From positions 320,001-384,000 of the forward strand of contig CAWEYG010000001.1 of NCBI GenBank assembly GCA_963813155.1: a DNA stretch of 64,000 bases, in the 5' to 3' direction. Within the stretch, counting starts at the first letter, position 1. Each line of letters begins with the position of its first letter. Positions 41,460-50,376 of this stretch are shown here, piece after piece. The notes below the pieces were generated by a model, which did not search any database, was not told where the DNA came from, and saw nothing but the letters and a program-made list of their open reading frames with translations. Made by a program: the position numbers and the translations under genes. Source of the DNA: an uncultured Acidobacteriota bacterium. GTDB taxonomy: Bacteria > Acidobacteriota > Thermoanaerobaculia > UBA5066 > DATFVB01.

Positions 41460-43064
41460 TCAGGTGTGGGTGATGTCGACGTCCTTGGTCTCCGGCAGGA
41501 AGATCAGTCCGATGATGAACCCGATCACCGCCACGATGATGGGATACCACAGACCCCCGTAAATGTTGCCGGACTTCGCCACGATCGCGGTCGCGAGCAG
41601 CGGCAGGAGGCCTCCGAACCATCCGTTCCCGATGTGGTACGGGAACGACATGGACGTGTACCGAATCCGCGTCGGAAAGAGCTCGACCAGGAACGCCGCG
41701 ATCGGCGCGTAGACGAGCGTCACGTAGATCACGAGAATGAACAGAATGAGGATCGTCATCGTCCAGTTGATCTGCGCTTTGTCGAACTTCGGAACGCCGG
41801 TGTCCTTGAGCGCAGCCTTGTACTTGTCCTCGTTCCAGCCCTGGAGCTCGATCGACCCGATCTTCGTCACGACGGTCTGGCCGGGGACTTCCGGAAGCTT
41901 CGAGAACGAAAGGCCCTGCTTCGTGATGAAGTCGGTTGCTTTGTCGCAGTCGGAAAATTTCGTCCCGGGAAAGACGAAAATGTGCATCTTGCATTCGGAT
42001 GAGGCGACCGTAATGGGCGTCTTCGACGCATACGCCTCCAGCGCCGGGTTGACATTGTGGGTGAGCGCCTTGAACAGCGGGAAGTACGTCACCGCAGCCA
42101 GGATGAACCCGGCCAGCATGATCCCCTTGCGGCCGATCTTGTCCGACAGCATTCCGAACCAGATGAAGAACGGCGTCGCGAGCACGAGCGAGATCGCGAT
42201 CAGAATGTATGCCGTGAGGTAGTCGACCTTGAGGTAGATCGTCAGGAAGAAGAGCGCGTAGAACTGGCCCGTGTACCAGACGACGCCTTCCGGCGCGGTC
42301 GCCCCGAAGAGCGACAGGAGAACGATCTTCAGGTTCTTCCAGTTCGTGAAGGAGTCTTTCAGGGGAGCCTTCGAGCCCCGGCCCTCCCCCTTCATGCGGC
42401 GGAAGATCGGCGACTCCTGGAGCTTCAGCCGGATGTAGATCGAGAAGACGAGAAGAATGACCGACAGGAGGAAGGGGATTCTCCAGCCCCAGTCCTTGAA
42501 CGCGTCGGGAGTCATCTTCCAGCGGCAAAGGCCGATGACGAGCAGCGACATGAAGAGGCCCAGCGTCGCGGTCGTCTGGATCCAGGCCGTCCTCTCGCCT
42601 CGCTTTCCGTTGGGCGAGTGCTCGGCGACGTAGGTCGCGGCGCCGCCGTATTCGCCGCCGAGGGCCAGGCCCTGCAACAGTCGCAAGGACACGAGAAGGA
42701 TCGGAGCAAGGATGCCGACCTTGGGATAGGTCGGGAGCAGGCCCGTCGCGGCCGTCGAAAAGCCCATCACGACGATCGTGATCAGGAACGTGTATTTCCG
42801 GCCGACGAGATCGCCGACGCGGCCGAAGATCAGAGCGCCGAAGGGCCGCACGACGAAGCCTGCCGCGTAGGTGGCGAAGGCGGAGAGCAGCGCCGCCGTG
42901 TCATTCCCTTTCGGGAAAAAGAGACCCGCGAAGAAGGGGGCAAGGGTAGCGTAGAGATAAAAGTCGTACCACTCGAAAACCGTGCCGAGGGATGAAGCGA
43001 AGACGACGCGACGCTGTTCCTTCGGGGTGGTTTCCTCGATAGGGCCCGCCGAGGTAGTACTCAT
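41460..43064 (-). CDS. MFS transporter, metabolite:H+ symporter (MHS) family
   Basis: GTVFEWYDF, RPFGALIFGR.GD..GRK, GGEYGGA, WGWRIPF, ELFPTRIRYT. Confidence 0.93.
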   Translation of the reverse strand: MSTTSAGPIEETTPKEQRRVVFASSLGTVFEWYDFYLYATLAPFFAGLFFPKGNDTAALLSAFATYAAGFVVRPFGALIFGRVGDLVGRKYTFLITIVVMGFSTAATGLLPTYPKVGILAPILLVSLRLLQGLALGGEYGGAATYVAEHSPNGKRGERTAWIQTTATLGLFMSLLVIGLCRWKMTPDAFKDWGWRIPFLLSVILLVFSIYIRLKLQESPIFRRMKGEGRGSKAPLKDSFTNWKNLKIVLLSLFGATAPEGVVWYTGQFYALFFLTIYLKVDYLTAYILIAISLVLATPFFIWFGMLSDKIGRKGIMLAGFILAAVTYFPLFKALTHNVNPALEAYASKTPITVASSECKMHIFVFPGTKFSDCDKATDFITKQGLSFSKLPEVPGQTVVTKIGSIELQGWNEDKYKAALKDTGVPKFDKAQINWTMTILILFILVIYVTLVYAPIAAFLVELFPTRIRYTSMSFPYHIGNGWFGGLLPLLATAIVAKSGNIYGGLWYPIIVAVIGFIIGLIFLPETKDVDITHT

Positions 43065-43234
43065 TCGTTCCTCCTCTGTCCTGTCTCCCGAATTTCGACT
43101 TCAGAAGCGAGGCAGGCTCCGAGCCAGCCCCGTTCTGCACGCGGGTTGCCTGGACGATTCCGGGATCCGAAGGCCGCCGGAAAGGGACATTCGACGCTCC
43201 TCCCGACCTCTCGTGGGTGAATGAACTTGGAAAG

Positions 43235-43264
43235 AGGCTATCGGAGATCGTCGCGGCAAGTCAA
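43235..43264 (-). promoter_or_regulatory. putative sigma70 promoter of the MFS gene
   Basis: TTGACT-N18-TAGCCT. Confidence 0.5.
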
Positions 43265-43282
43265 CGAAAAACCCCTCCTTGG

Positions 43283-43858
43283 CTACATGAATCCGAGCGT
43301 CAGCTTCGCCGCGTCGGACATCATGTTCGGGCCCCATTGCGGCTCCCAAACGAGCTCGACGTCCGTCTCGGCGACCCCCGGAACGGAGGAGATCTTCGTC
43401 TTCGCGTCGTCGGCGATCGCCGCCCCCATGCCGCACCCGGGCGCCGTCAGGGTCATTTTGACCTCGATTCGGTTGCCGCCGATTTCGAGCGGCCGAACCT
43501 TCAGGTCGTAGACCAGGCCGAGCTCCACGACGTTGATCGGGATCTCCGGGTCGAAAACCGTCCGCAGCTGGTCCCAGACCGCCTTCTCGACGCCTTCGGG
43601 CGTCGAGGTGTCTGCGGAAGCCGCGGCCTCGAGCGATTTCCGCGCCTCGTCCGGCATGTCGACACCCAGCGCGCCGGCGTCCTTTCCCTCGATGCGGTAC
43701 AGGCCGCCGAGGGACGGCACGTCGACCGTGAAATTTCCGCCGAGCGTTTGCGTGATTCTTACCAGGGTCTTTGCCGGAAGCGCGATCCGTTCGCCGCTCG
43801 GAATCTGCATCGCCACGACGTCGCGAACCAGCGAGAGAATCGATGTCGGATATGCCAT
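43283..43858 (-). CDS. sufT: Fe-S cluster assembly protein SufT (DUF59)
   Basis: IPSG..ITQTLGGNFTV..RIEGKDA.ALG; DPEIPINVVELGLVY; MTLTAPGCGMG. Confidence 0.9.
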   Translation of the reverse strand: MAYPTSILSLVRDVVAMQIPSGERIALPAKTLVRITQTLGGNFTVDVPSLGGLYRIEGKDAGALGVDMPDEARKSLEAAASADTSTPEGVEKAVWDQLRTVFDPEIPINVVELGLVYDLKVRPLEIGGNRIEVKMTLTAPGCGMGAAIADDAKTKISSVPGVAETDVELVWEPQWGPNMMSDAAKLTLGFM

Positions 43859-43912
43859 GAGGACCTCCCCGTCGATTCCCATCTTACAACCGGAGCCGGG
43901 CGGCCCCGGGCT

Positions 43913-44764
43913 TCACTTCACGGAGCCGACCGTGAAGCCCGCGATGAAGCGATCGAGAAAGACGTTGTACAGGACCGCGATGGGCAACGTCGCGATAAGG
44001 CAGGCCGCCATCAACGAGCCCCAGTAGTACACGTCGCCCCTCACGAGGTAGATGGGAACGCCGACTCCGACGGTCTGGTGCGAGGCCGACGAAATGAACG
44101 TCAGCGCGTAGACGAATTCCTGCATCACGAGCGTGAAGCTGAAGATCACCACCGTGAGGATTCCCGAGACCGAGATTGGAATCACGAGCTTCAGGAACAC
44201 CTGGAAGCGGGTCAGCCCGTCCACCATCGCGGCGTCTTCGAGCTCGCGGGGAATGGACTTGAAGAAGCCCATCAGGAGCCACGTCGAGAACGGGATCGTG
44301 AAGCTCGGGTAGACGAGAATGATCGACCAGAGCGTGTCCTGGAGCCCGAGGCCGGCGACGATTCGGGAGAGCGGAATGAACAGGAGCGTCGGCGGAATGA
44401 GATAGGTGAGAAAGATGCCGATCCCGAGCCGCTCTCCCCAGCGCCCCGTCAGGCGAGCGAGCGAGTACGCCGCCGGCGTCGCGAGCACGAGCGTGATCGC
44501 GACGACCATCAGCCCCGCAAAACCCGTGTTGCCGAGCCAGCGCAGGAACAACGTCTCGCGGAACAGGTACCTCACGTGCTCGAATGTCGGCATTTGATTG
44601 AAAATGAACGGGTTATTCTTCAGATTGTAGAGGTCGCCGGTCTGCTTGAAGGACGTGATCAGCATCCAGTAGAACGGAAACGCGAGCAGGATCGAGAAGA
44701 TGGCGAGCGTCCCCCAGCGCAGGGCTCTCGTCGCGAGTCGCCGCCACCTCAGCCCGCGCGCCAT
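43913..44764 (-). CDS. CUT1-type ABC transporter permease (MalG-like)
   Basis: FPFYWMLITSFK; FFKSIPRELEDAAMVDG (EAA loop). Confidence 0.92.
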   Translation of the reverse strand: MARGLRWRRLATRALRWGTLAIFSILLAFPFYWMLITSFKQTGDLYNLKNNPFIFNQMPTFEHVRYLFRETLFLRWLGNTGFAGLMVVAITLVLATPAAYSLARLTGRWGERLGIGIFLTYLIPPTLLFIPLSRIVAGLGLQDTLWSIILVYPSFTIPFSTWLLMGFFKSIPRELEDAAMVDGLTRFQVFLKLVIPISVSGILTVVIFSFTLVMQEFVYALTFISSASHQTVGVGVPIYLVRGDVYYWGSLMAACLIATLPIAVLYNVFLDRFIAGFTVGSVK

Positions 44765-44781
44765 CAGTGCTCCCCTCCCAC

Positions 44782-45666
44782 TCAGGTCACCTCGGCCCTT
44801 CGCGCCGTCCGCAGCATCAGCCATGCGACGATCACGAGAAGGGGAACCAGAAAAATCGAGATCGCGGCGCCTTCGGCGAGATCGCTGCCGAGAATGCCGG
44901 TGAAGAACGCGAGCGAGGGGACCACCTGCGTCGTGTCGAACGGCCCGCCGCGCGTGAGGATGTAGATCACGGTCATGTCCGTGAACGTGAAAACCACGCC
45001 GAAGAGGACCGCGACGTTGATGATCGGAAGCATCATCGGAATTTCGATCTGGAACAGGCGCCGGAAGAATTTCGCCCCGTCGACCTCCGCCGCCTCCGGA
45101 ATGTCTTTCGGGATCGCGGTCCAGCCCGCGAGGATGATCACGGTCGCAAACGGCAGCATGCGCCACGTGTGGACGAGGATCACCGAAAGCATCGCCAGCT
45201 TCGGCTCCCCGAGCCACATCGGGGGCGAGAATTGGTTCGCCAGGTGCAGGCGGATGAGGACCCAGTTGATGACGCTGTACAGAGAGTCGAGGATCCACTT
45301 CCAGCCGATCGAGCCGATCGAAACGGGAGCCACCCACGGCAGCAGAATCAGGAAGCGAACGAAGTGCCGCCCCCGAAAGACGTCCTTGAGCGCGAGCGCG
45401 AGAACCGTCGCGCCGACCAGCACGAGAATCTGGGAGGCGACCGTGAAGACGAAAGAATTCCGAAGAGCGACGAGAAATGCCGGGTTCTGGAGGACGGAGA
45501 GGATGTTCCGGAGCCCGACGAAATGGTAGCCGCGGCTCCCGACCTTGACGTCTCCGACGCTGTAGAGAAACGCCAGGACGAAGGGCACGCCGACGAGCGC
45601 GAGGACATAGATCATCGCGGGAAGGAACATCGCGGGTCCGAGCCAGGCCTGGCGCTTGCGACTCAT
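44782..45666 (-). CDS. CUT1-type ABC transporter permease (MalF-like)
   Basis: FVGLRN; LLPWVAP; IPKDIPEAAEVDGA; LTRGGP. Confidence 0.92.
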   Translation of the reverse strand: MSRKRQAWLGPAMFLPAMIYVLALVGVPFVLAFLYSVGDVKVGSRGYHFVGLRNILSVLQNPAFLVALRNSFVFTVASQILVLVGATVLALALKDVFRGRHFVRFLILLPWVAPVSIGSIGWKWILDSLYSVINWVLIRLHLANQFSPPMWLGEPKLAMLSVILVHTWRMLPFATVIILAGWTAIPKDIPEAAEVDGAKFFRRLFQIEIPMMLPIINVAVLFGVVFTFTDMTVIYILTRGGPFDTTQVVPSLAFFTGILGSDLAEGAAISIFLVPLLVIVAWLMLRTARRAEVT

Positions 45667-45685
45667 CGTGCCGGACTACGTTTCC

Positions 45686-46807
45686 TCACAGCACGGCGTC
45701 GCTCTCGCGGTCGAAGAGATAGGACCGGTTCATGTCGAACCAGAGGTCGACCTGCTCCCCCGGGCGGATCGCGGCATGAATCTCGGTCTCCATCAGGAAC
45801 CCGCCGATCCCGCTGCTCGCCGTCACGATGACCCGGTGGCCAAGGGGCTCCACGAATTCGATCGCGGCCCGCACTTTCGCGGGCACGCCGAGCGCCGCCC
45901 ACGCGACGTCGGAAAGCGGCCGCCCGGTCGCGGCGAGGGAGATGTGCTCCGGGCGCATCCCGAAGTAGACCTTTCTGCCGGCCGACGACGCGAGATCGGG
46001 CCGCGAGAGCGGTAGGCGGACGTCCCCCGAAAGGACGACCGAAACCTCGGAGCCTTCGGCGGCGAGCTCGCCGTCGAAGAAATTCATCGGCGGGCTCCCG
46101 ATGAACCCGGCGACGAACCGGCTGGCCGGAGTATCGTAAACTTCGAGCGGCGTGCCCAGCTGACAGATTTTCCCGTGGTTCATGATCACGATCCGGTCGG
46201 CCATCGTCATCGCTTCCACCTGGTCGTGCGTGACGTAGATCATGGTGGACCGGATGTCCCGGTGCAGCCGCTTCAATTCCGTCCTCATGTGAACGCGCAG
46301 CTTCGCGTCGAGGTTGGACAGGGGCTCGTCGAACAGGAAGAGCGACGGCTCTCGAACGATCGCACGCGCCAGGGCGACGCGCTGCCGCTCGCCTCCCGAG
46401 AGCTCCCGCGGCTTGCGGGCGAGCAGATTGGAAATTCCGAGGAGACCGGCGGCCCATTCCGCCTTGCGACGGCGCTCGTCCCGCGGGACTTTGCTCGCCT
46501 TCAGCGGAAATTCGATGTTTCCCATGGCCGTCAGGTGCGGGTAGAGCGCGTAGCTCTGAAAAACCATCGCGATCCGGCGCTGCCGGGGAGTGAGGTCGTT
46601 GACGACGACCCCGCCGATGAGAATCTCCCCCGAGGTCGGCTCCTCGAGCCCCGCGATCATGCGCAGGAGAGTCGTCTTGCCGGATCCGGAAGGGCCGAGG
46701 AGGACGAGAAACTCGCCCTCCCGGCTTTCCAGGTCGACATCGACGACCGCCCCGAGCTGGCCCTTGCGGAAGAGTTTGGTCAGCCCCCTCGTTTCGACGA
46801 TCGCCAT
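45686..46807 (-). CDS. ABC transporter ATP-binding protein (MalK-like, TOBE domain)
   Basis: GPSGSGKTT, VFQSYALYPH, LSGGERQR, FDEPLSNLDAKLR, YVTHDQ. Confidence 0.95.
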   Translation of the reverse strand: MAIVETRGLTKLFRKGQLGAVVDVDLESREGEFLVLLGPSGSGKTTLLRMIAGLEEPTSGEILIGGVVVNDLTPRQRRIAMVFQSYALYPHLTAMGNIEFPLKASKVPRDERRRKAEWAAGLLGISNLLARKPRELSGGERQRVALARAIVREPSLFLFDEPLSNLDAKLRVHMRTELKRLHRDIRSTMIYVTHDQVEAMTMADRIVIMNHGKICQLGTPLEVYDTPASRFVAGFIGSPPMNFFDGELAAEGSEVSVVLSGDVRLPLSRPDLASSAGRKVYFGMRPEHISLAATGRPLSDVAWAALGVPAKVRAAIEFVEPLGHRVIVTASSGIGGFLMETEIHAAIRPGEQVDLWFDMNRSYLFDRESDAVL

Positions 46808-46820
46808 CCCGGGTACCCGG

Positions 46821-48158
46821 CTACTTCCACTTGTCGAAGATCCGGCGAATCTCCTTCTCGGCCGCGCGAACGGAATCCTCCGGACTCATCACGTCCTGGG
46901 CGGCTTTCGCGAACATGGTGGGCAGGACGAACGTGTTGAAGACTTCGTCGACGGCGGCCGTGGCGTACCCGGGGTAACCCACGTTGGTCGACCAGTCGAG
47001 AGCGCCCTCGAGGACCTTGTACTTGTCGTTCGGCTGGCCCTTCGGGTCGTTCGCGATCTTCGCCTTGATGTCGGGAACCGTCTTCGGAAAACAGGGGAAA
47101 TTGTAGAACTCGCTCGCCTGAAAGCCCGTCGCGAAATTGTCGATGTAGTCGGCCAGGAACTTCTTCGCGCCTTCCTTGTTCTCGGCGAAGTTCCAGATCA
47201 CGTAGCAGTCCATCACGTGCTCGGAGGCGATCCGGCGCACCGGGCCCTTTAGCGCCGGGCGGAGCTGGATCGCTTTGGACATCTCCGGGTTGTCCTTCTC
47301 CGCCGTTCGGGTCACGGAGATCGCGTTCTGGACGAAGGAAAGCTTGCCCGCGAGGATCCCCCGGTTGTTCGACGAGGGATCCCAGGTGAAGACCTCCGCC
47401 GTCTCCGCTTCCTTGTAGAGGGCCTTCATGTACTTGACCGCTTCGATCGTCGCCTTCGAATTGATCGTCACGTTGCCCGCGGCGTCCTGCTCGGACCCGC
47501 CGAACGACCACAGAAGCGCCCGGACGGCCATGTTCGTGTCCAGTTCCTGCGAGAGGCCGAGGCCGACCGGGTTGCCGAATTGATCCTTGATTTTCTTGCC
47601 GCCGATTCTCAGATCTTCCCAGGAGTCGGGACCGTTCGGGAATCCGACCTTCGACCAGAGGTCCACGCGATAGTTACCCGGGTCCGGAACGTAGGAATCC
47701 GAGAACGCGAAGAACTTCTTCGTCTTCGGGTTGAACGTCGAGCGCTCCGCGAGCGGGATCATTTTGCCGTGCTTTTTCTCGACTTCTTCGTAGATTTCCC
47801 GGTGGTCGATGACCTGCTTCTCGTACGCCGCCGGAGGAGCGAGGAACATGAAAAGGTCGTGTCCCTTTCCCGCCGCCACCTCGGCGGCCGCTCGCGCGTT
47901 GATCTCGCCGATCGAAATATGGTCGACGACGACGTTCGTGCCGTTCTTCGCGCCCCATTCCTTCGTGTAGGCTCCGTCGAACCACTTGTCGTAACCCGGG
48001 ACGAAATGGCTCCACTGCAGGATCTTCAGGGTTTTCTGCTGAGCGGCCGCGCGTTCCGGGAAGAGGAATCCGGGACCCACTCCCGCGACGAGCGCTCCGG
48101 TCCCCGCGATTTTCGCAAATTCTCTCCGGCTGATCCCGTGGCTTCTCTTCTTGACCAT
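46821..48158 (-). CDS. Tat-exported ABC substrate-binding protein (family 1)
   Basis: SRREF twin-arginine signal; LKILQWSHFVPGYDKWF. Confidence 0.9.
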   Translation of the reverse strand: MVKKRSHGISRREFAKIAGTGALVAGVGPGFLFPERAAAQQKTLKILQWSHFVPGYDKWFDGAYTKEWGAKNGTNVVVDHISIGEINARAAAEVAAGKGHDLFMFLAPPAAYEKQVIDHREIYEEVEKKHGKMIPLAERSTFNPKTKKFFAFSDSYVPDPGNYRVDLWSKVGFPNGPDSWEDLRIGGKKIKDQFGNPVGLGLSQELDTNMAVRALLWSFGGSEQDAAGNVTINSKATIEAVKYMKALYKEAETAEVFTWDPSSNNRGILAGKLSFVQNAISVTRTAEKDNPEMSKAIQLRPALKGPVRRIASEHVMDCYVIWNFAENKEGAKKFLADYIDNFATGFQASEFYNFPCFPKTVPDIKAKIANDPKGQPNDKYKVLEGALDWSTNVGYPGYATAAVDEVFNTFVLPTMFAKAAQDVMSPEDSVRAAEKEIRRIFDKWK

Positions 48159-48167
48159 GCTCCCCTC

Positions 48168-50270
48168 CTACTCTTCCTTTCCGAACTGTTTGAGGTCCTC
48201 CGGTCCTTCCTGCGTTTTCAGCTTCGCCTTGCCCTGAACCACGATGCGGATCTGCTCGACGACGTCGGGATTCGCGAGCGTCGTGATGTCCCCCGTGTCG
48301 AGCGTGTTCGAGATCGCCGCCAGGACGCGCCGCATGATCTTTCCGGACCGCGTTTTCGGCATGTCCGGAACGATATGCACTTTGCGCGGCCGCGCGATCT
48401 TCCCGATCATCGTCTCGATCGTCGCGATGACCTTCTCGGAGATCTCCGGGGTCGGGACATATCCCGGCTTCAGCGCGATGTAGACCTCCGGAATCCTCCC
48501 CTTGACCTCGTCGACGACGGGCACGACCGCCGCTTCCGCCACCTGGGGCACGGTGAGGCACGCCGACTCGAGCTCTTTCGTGCCGAGCCGGTGGCCCGCG
48601 ACGTTGATCACGTCGTCCACGCGCCCGAGGATCCGGAAGTAGCCGTCGGCGGCGAGGACCGCGCCATCGGCCGCGAAATACGGCCAGTCCTGCCACTTCT
48701 TGCTCTTCGGGTCCTTGCAGTACTTGGAGTAGTACTGCTTGACGAAGCGCTCGCGGTCGCCCCAGATCGTCTGGATGATGCCGGGCCACGGGTTCCGAAT
48801 GCAGATGTTGCCCGCCTTCCCGGAGCCCGCCTTCACTTCCTCGCCCTTTTCGTCGTAGATGATCGGGAAAATGCCGGGAACCCCGGGCCCCGCGCTCCCC
48901 GGCTTCATCGGGTCGAGAGCCGGTTTCGTGCTGCAGAGGAATCCCCCGTTTTCCGTCTGCCACCACGTGTCCACGATCACGGCTTCGCGCTTGCCCACGG
49001 CGTTGTAGTACCACTTCCAGACCTCGGGCTCGATCGGCTCGCCCACGGACGTCATGTGTTTGAAGTGGTACCGGTATTTCTCCGGTTCGTCCGGACCGGC
49101 CTTTCGCAGCATTCGAATGGCCGTCGGAGACGTGTGAAAAATGTTCACGTCGAGACGCTCCGCGATCCGCCAGACCCGACCCGCGTCCGGAAACGTCGGG
49201 ACGCCTTCGTAGATCACCGACGTGGCGCCGAGCGCGAGGGGCCCGTACACGATGTACGAATGACCCGTGATCCATCCGATGTCGGCCATGCACCAGTAGA
49301 CGTCCTCCGGGTGAATGTCCTGGATGTACTTCGAGGTTCCCGTGACGTAGGCGAGATATCCGCCCGTCCGATGCTGGCACCCCTTCGGTTTCCCCGTCGT
49401 TCCGCTCGTGTACATGAGAAAGAGCGGCGCTTCCGAGTCCATCGCGACCGGCTCGACGCGCGCGCGGCGGCATTCCCGGAGAGCCTCGTCGACAAAGAAA
49501 TCGCGGCCCTTCACCATCGGCGTCGCCGACGAGTATTTTCCCGGGTACCTCTTCCAGACCAGGACCTTCTCGATCTTCTGGCCCTCTTTCTCCGCCGTCG
49601 CGACGGCGATCTCGGCGCCGGCCTTGTGATCGATCATCTTCCCGCCGCGGAAGTAGCTGTCCATGTAGATCAGCACCCGGCTCCCCGAATCCGCCGCTCG
49701 AAGGCCGCAGGCCTCGCCGGAAAATCCGCCGAAGACGACGGAATGGATCACGCCGAGCCTCGCGCAGGCCAGCATCGTGATCGGCAGCTCCGCCACCATC
49801 GGCATGTGGATCGTGACGCGGTCTCCCGCCTTGAGGCCCGCAAAATCCCGCAGCAGAGCCGCGAATTCGTTCACCCGGACGAAGAGCTCCTGGTAAGTCA
49901 GCGCGACCGGATCTTCGTCCTCGGGCTCGGGCACGAAGATGATCGCCGCCTTGTTCTTGTGCTTCGCGAGATTCCGATCGACGCAGTTGTAGGAGACGTT
50001 GAGCTTGCCCCCGACGAACCATTTCCAGAACGGCGGATCGCTCGTGTCCAGAACCGTGCGCCAGCGCTCGCTCCAGGTGAGCATGTCGGCGTATTCCTCG
50101 AAGCAACCGGGAAAATTCTTCTCCGTGAATCGCTCGGAGACCCGCGGGTCGTTGAGGTTGGCCTGCTCGATGAATTTCGCGGATGGCCGGTAGTACTCTT
50201 CTTCCTTCCAGTGCACCGCGATCTGGTCCTCGGTGGTTTCGGGAACCCCGGTCGCTTCCTTCTCGGCCAT
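48168..50270 (-). CDS. acs: acetyl-CoA synthetase (AMP-forming)
   Basis: YTSGTTGKPKG, CMADIGWITGHSY, DTWWQTE, GRVDDVINVAGHRLG, PKTRSGKIMRR. Confidence 0.95.
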   Translation of the reverse strand: MAEKEATGVPETTEDQIAVHWKEEEYYRPSAKFIEQANLNDPRVSERFTEKNFPGCFEEYADMLTWSERWRTVLDTSDPPFWKWFVGGKLNVSYNCVDRNLAKHKNKAAIIFVPEPEDEDPVALTYQELFVRVNEFAALLRDFAGLKAGDRVTIHMPMVAELPITMLACARLGVIHSVVFGGFSGEACGLRAADSGSRVLIYMDSYFRGGKMIDHKAGAEIAVATAEKEGQKIEKVLVWKRYPGKYSSATPMVKGRDFFVDEALRECRRARVEPVAMDSEAPLFLMYTSGTTGKPKGCQHRTGGYLAYVTGTSKYIQDIHPEDVYWCMADIGWITGHSYIVYGPLALGATSVIYEGVPTFPDAGRVWRIAERLDVNIFHTSPTAIRMLRKAGPDEPEKYRYHFKHMTSVGEPIEPEVWKWYYNAVGKREAVIVDTWWQTENGGFLCSTKPALDPMKPGSAGPGVPGIFPIIYDEKGEEVKAGSGKAGNICIRNPWPGIIQTIWGDRERFVKQYYSKYCKDPKSKKWQDWPYFAADGAVLAADGYFRILGRVDDVINVAGHRLGTKELESACLTVPQVAEAAVVPVVDEVKGRIPEVYIALKPGYVPTPEISEKVIATIETMIGKIARPRKVHIVPDMPKTRSGKIMRRVLAAISNTLDTGDITTLANPDVVEQIRIVVQGKAKLKTQEGPEDLKQFGKEE

Positions 50271-50300
50271 CAGGCGCTACTCCCTTCGACTCATCGACAT

Positions 50301-50359
50301 GACGAAGGGGAAGCGCGCGAGCGGCGTCCGTCGCCGGCCGCTCGCGCTTTTCCTTCGTC
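50301..50359. other. long intergenic stem-loop between porin and acs
   Basis: GACGAAGG..AAGCGCG.GAGCGGC pairs with GCCGCTCGCGCTT..CCTTCGTC; no U-tract. Confidence 0.65.
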
Positions 50360-50376
50360 TCGCGGGACCCGGATCC

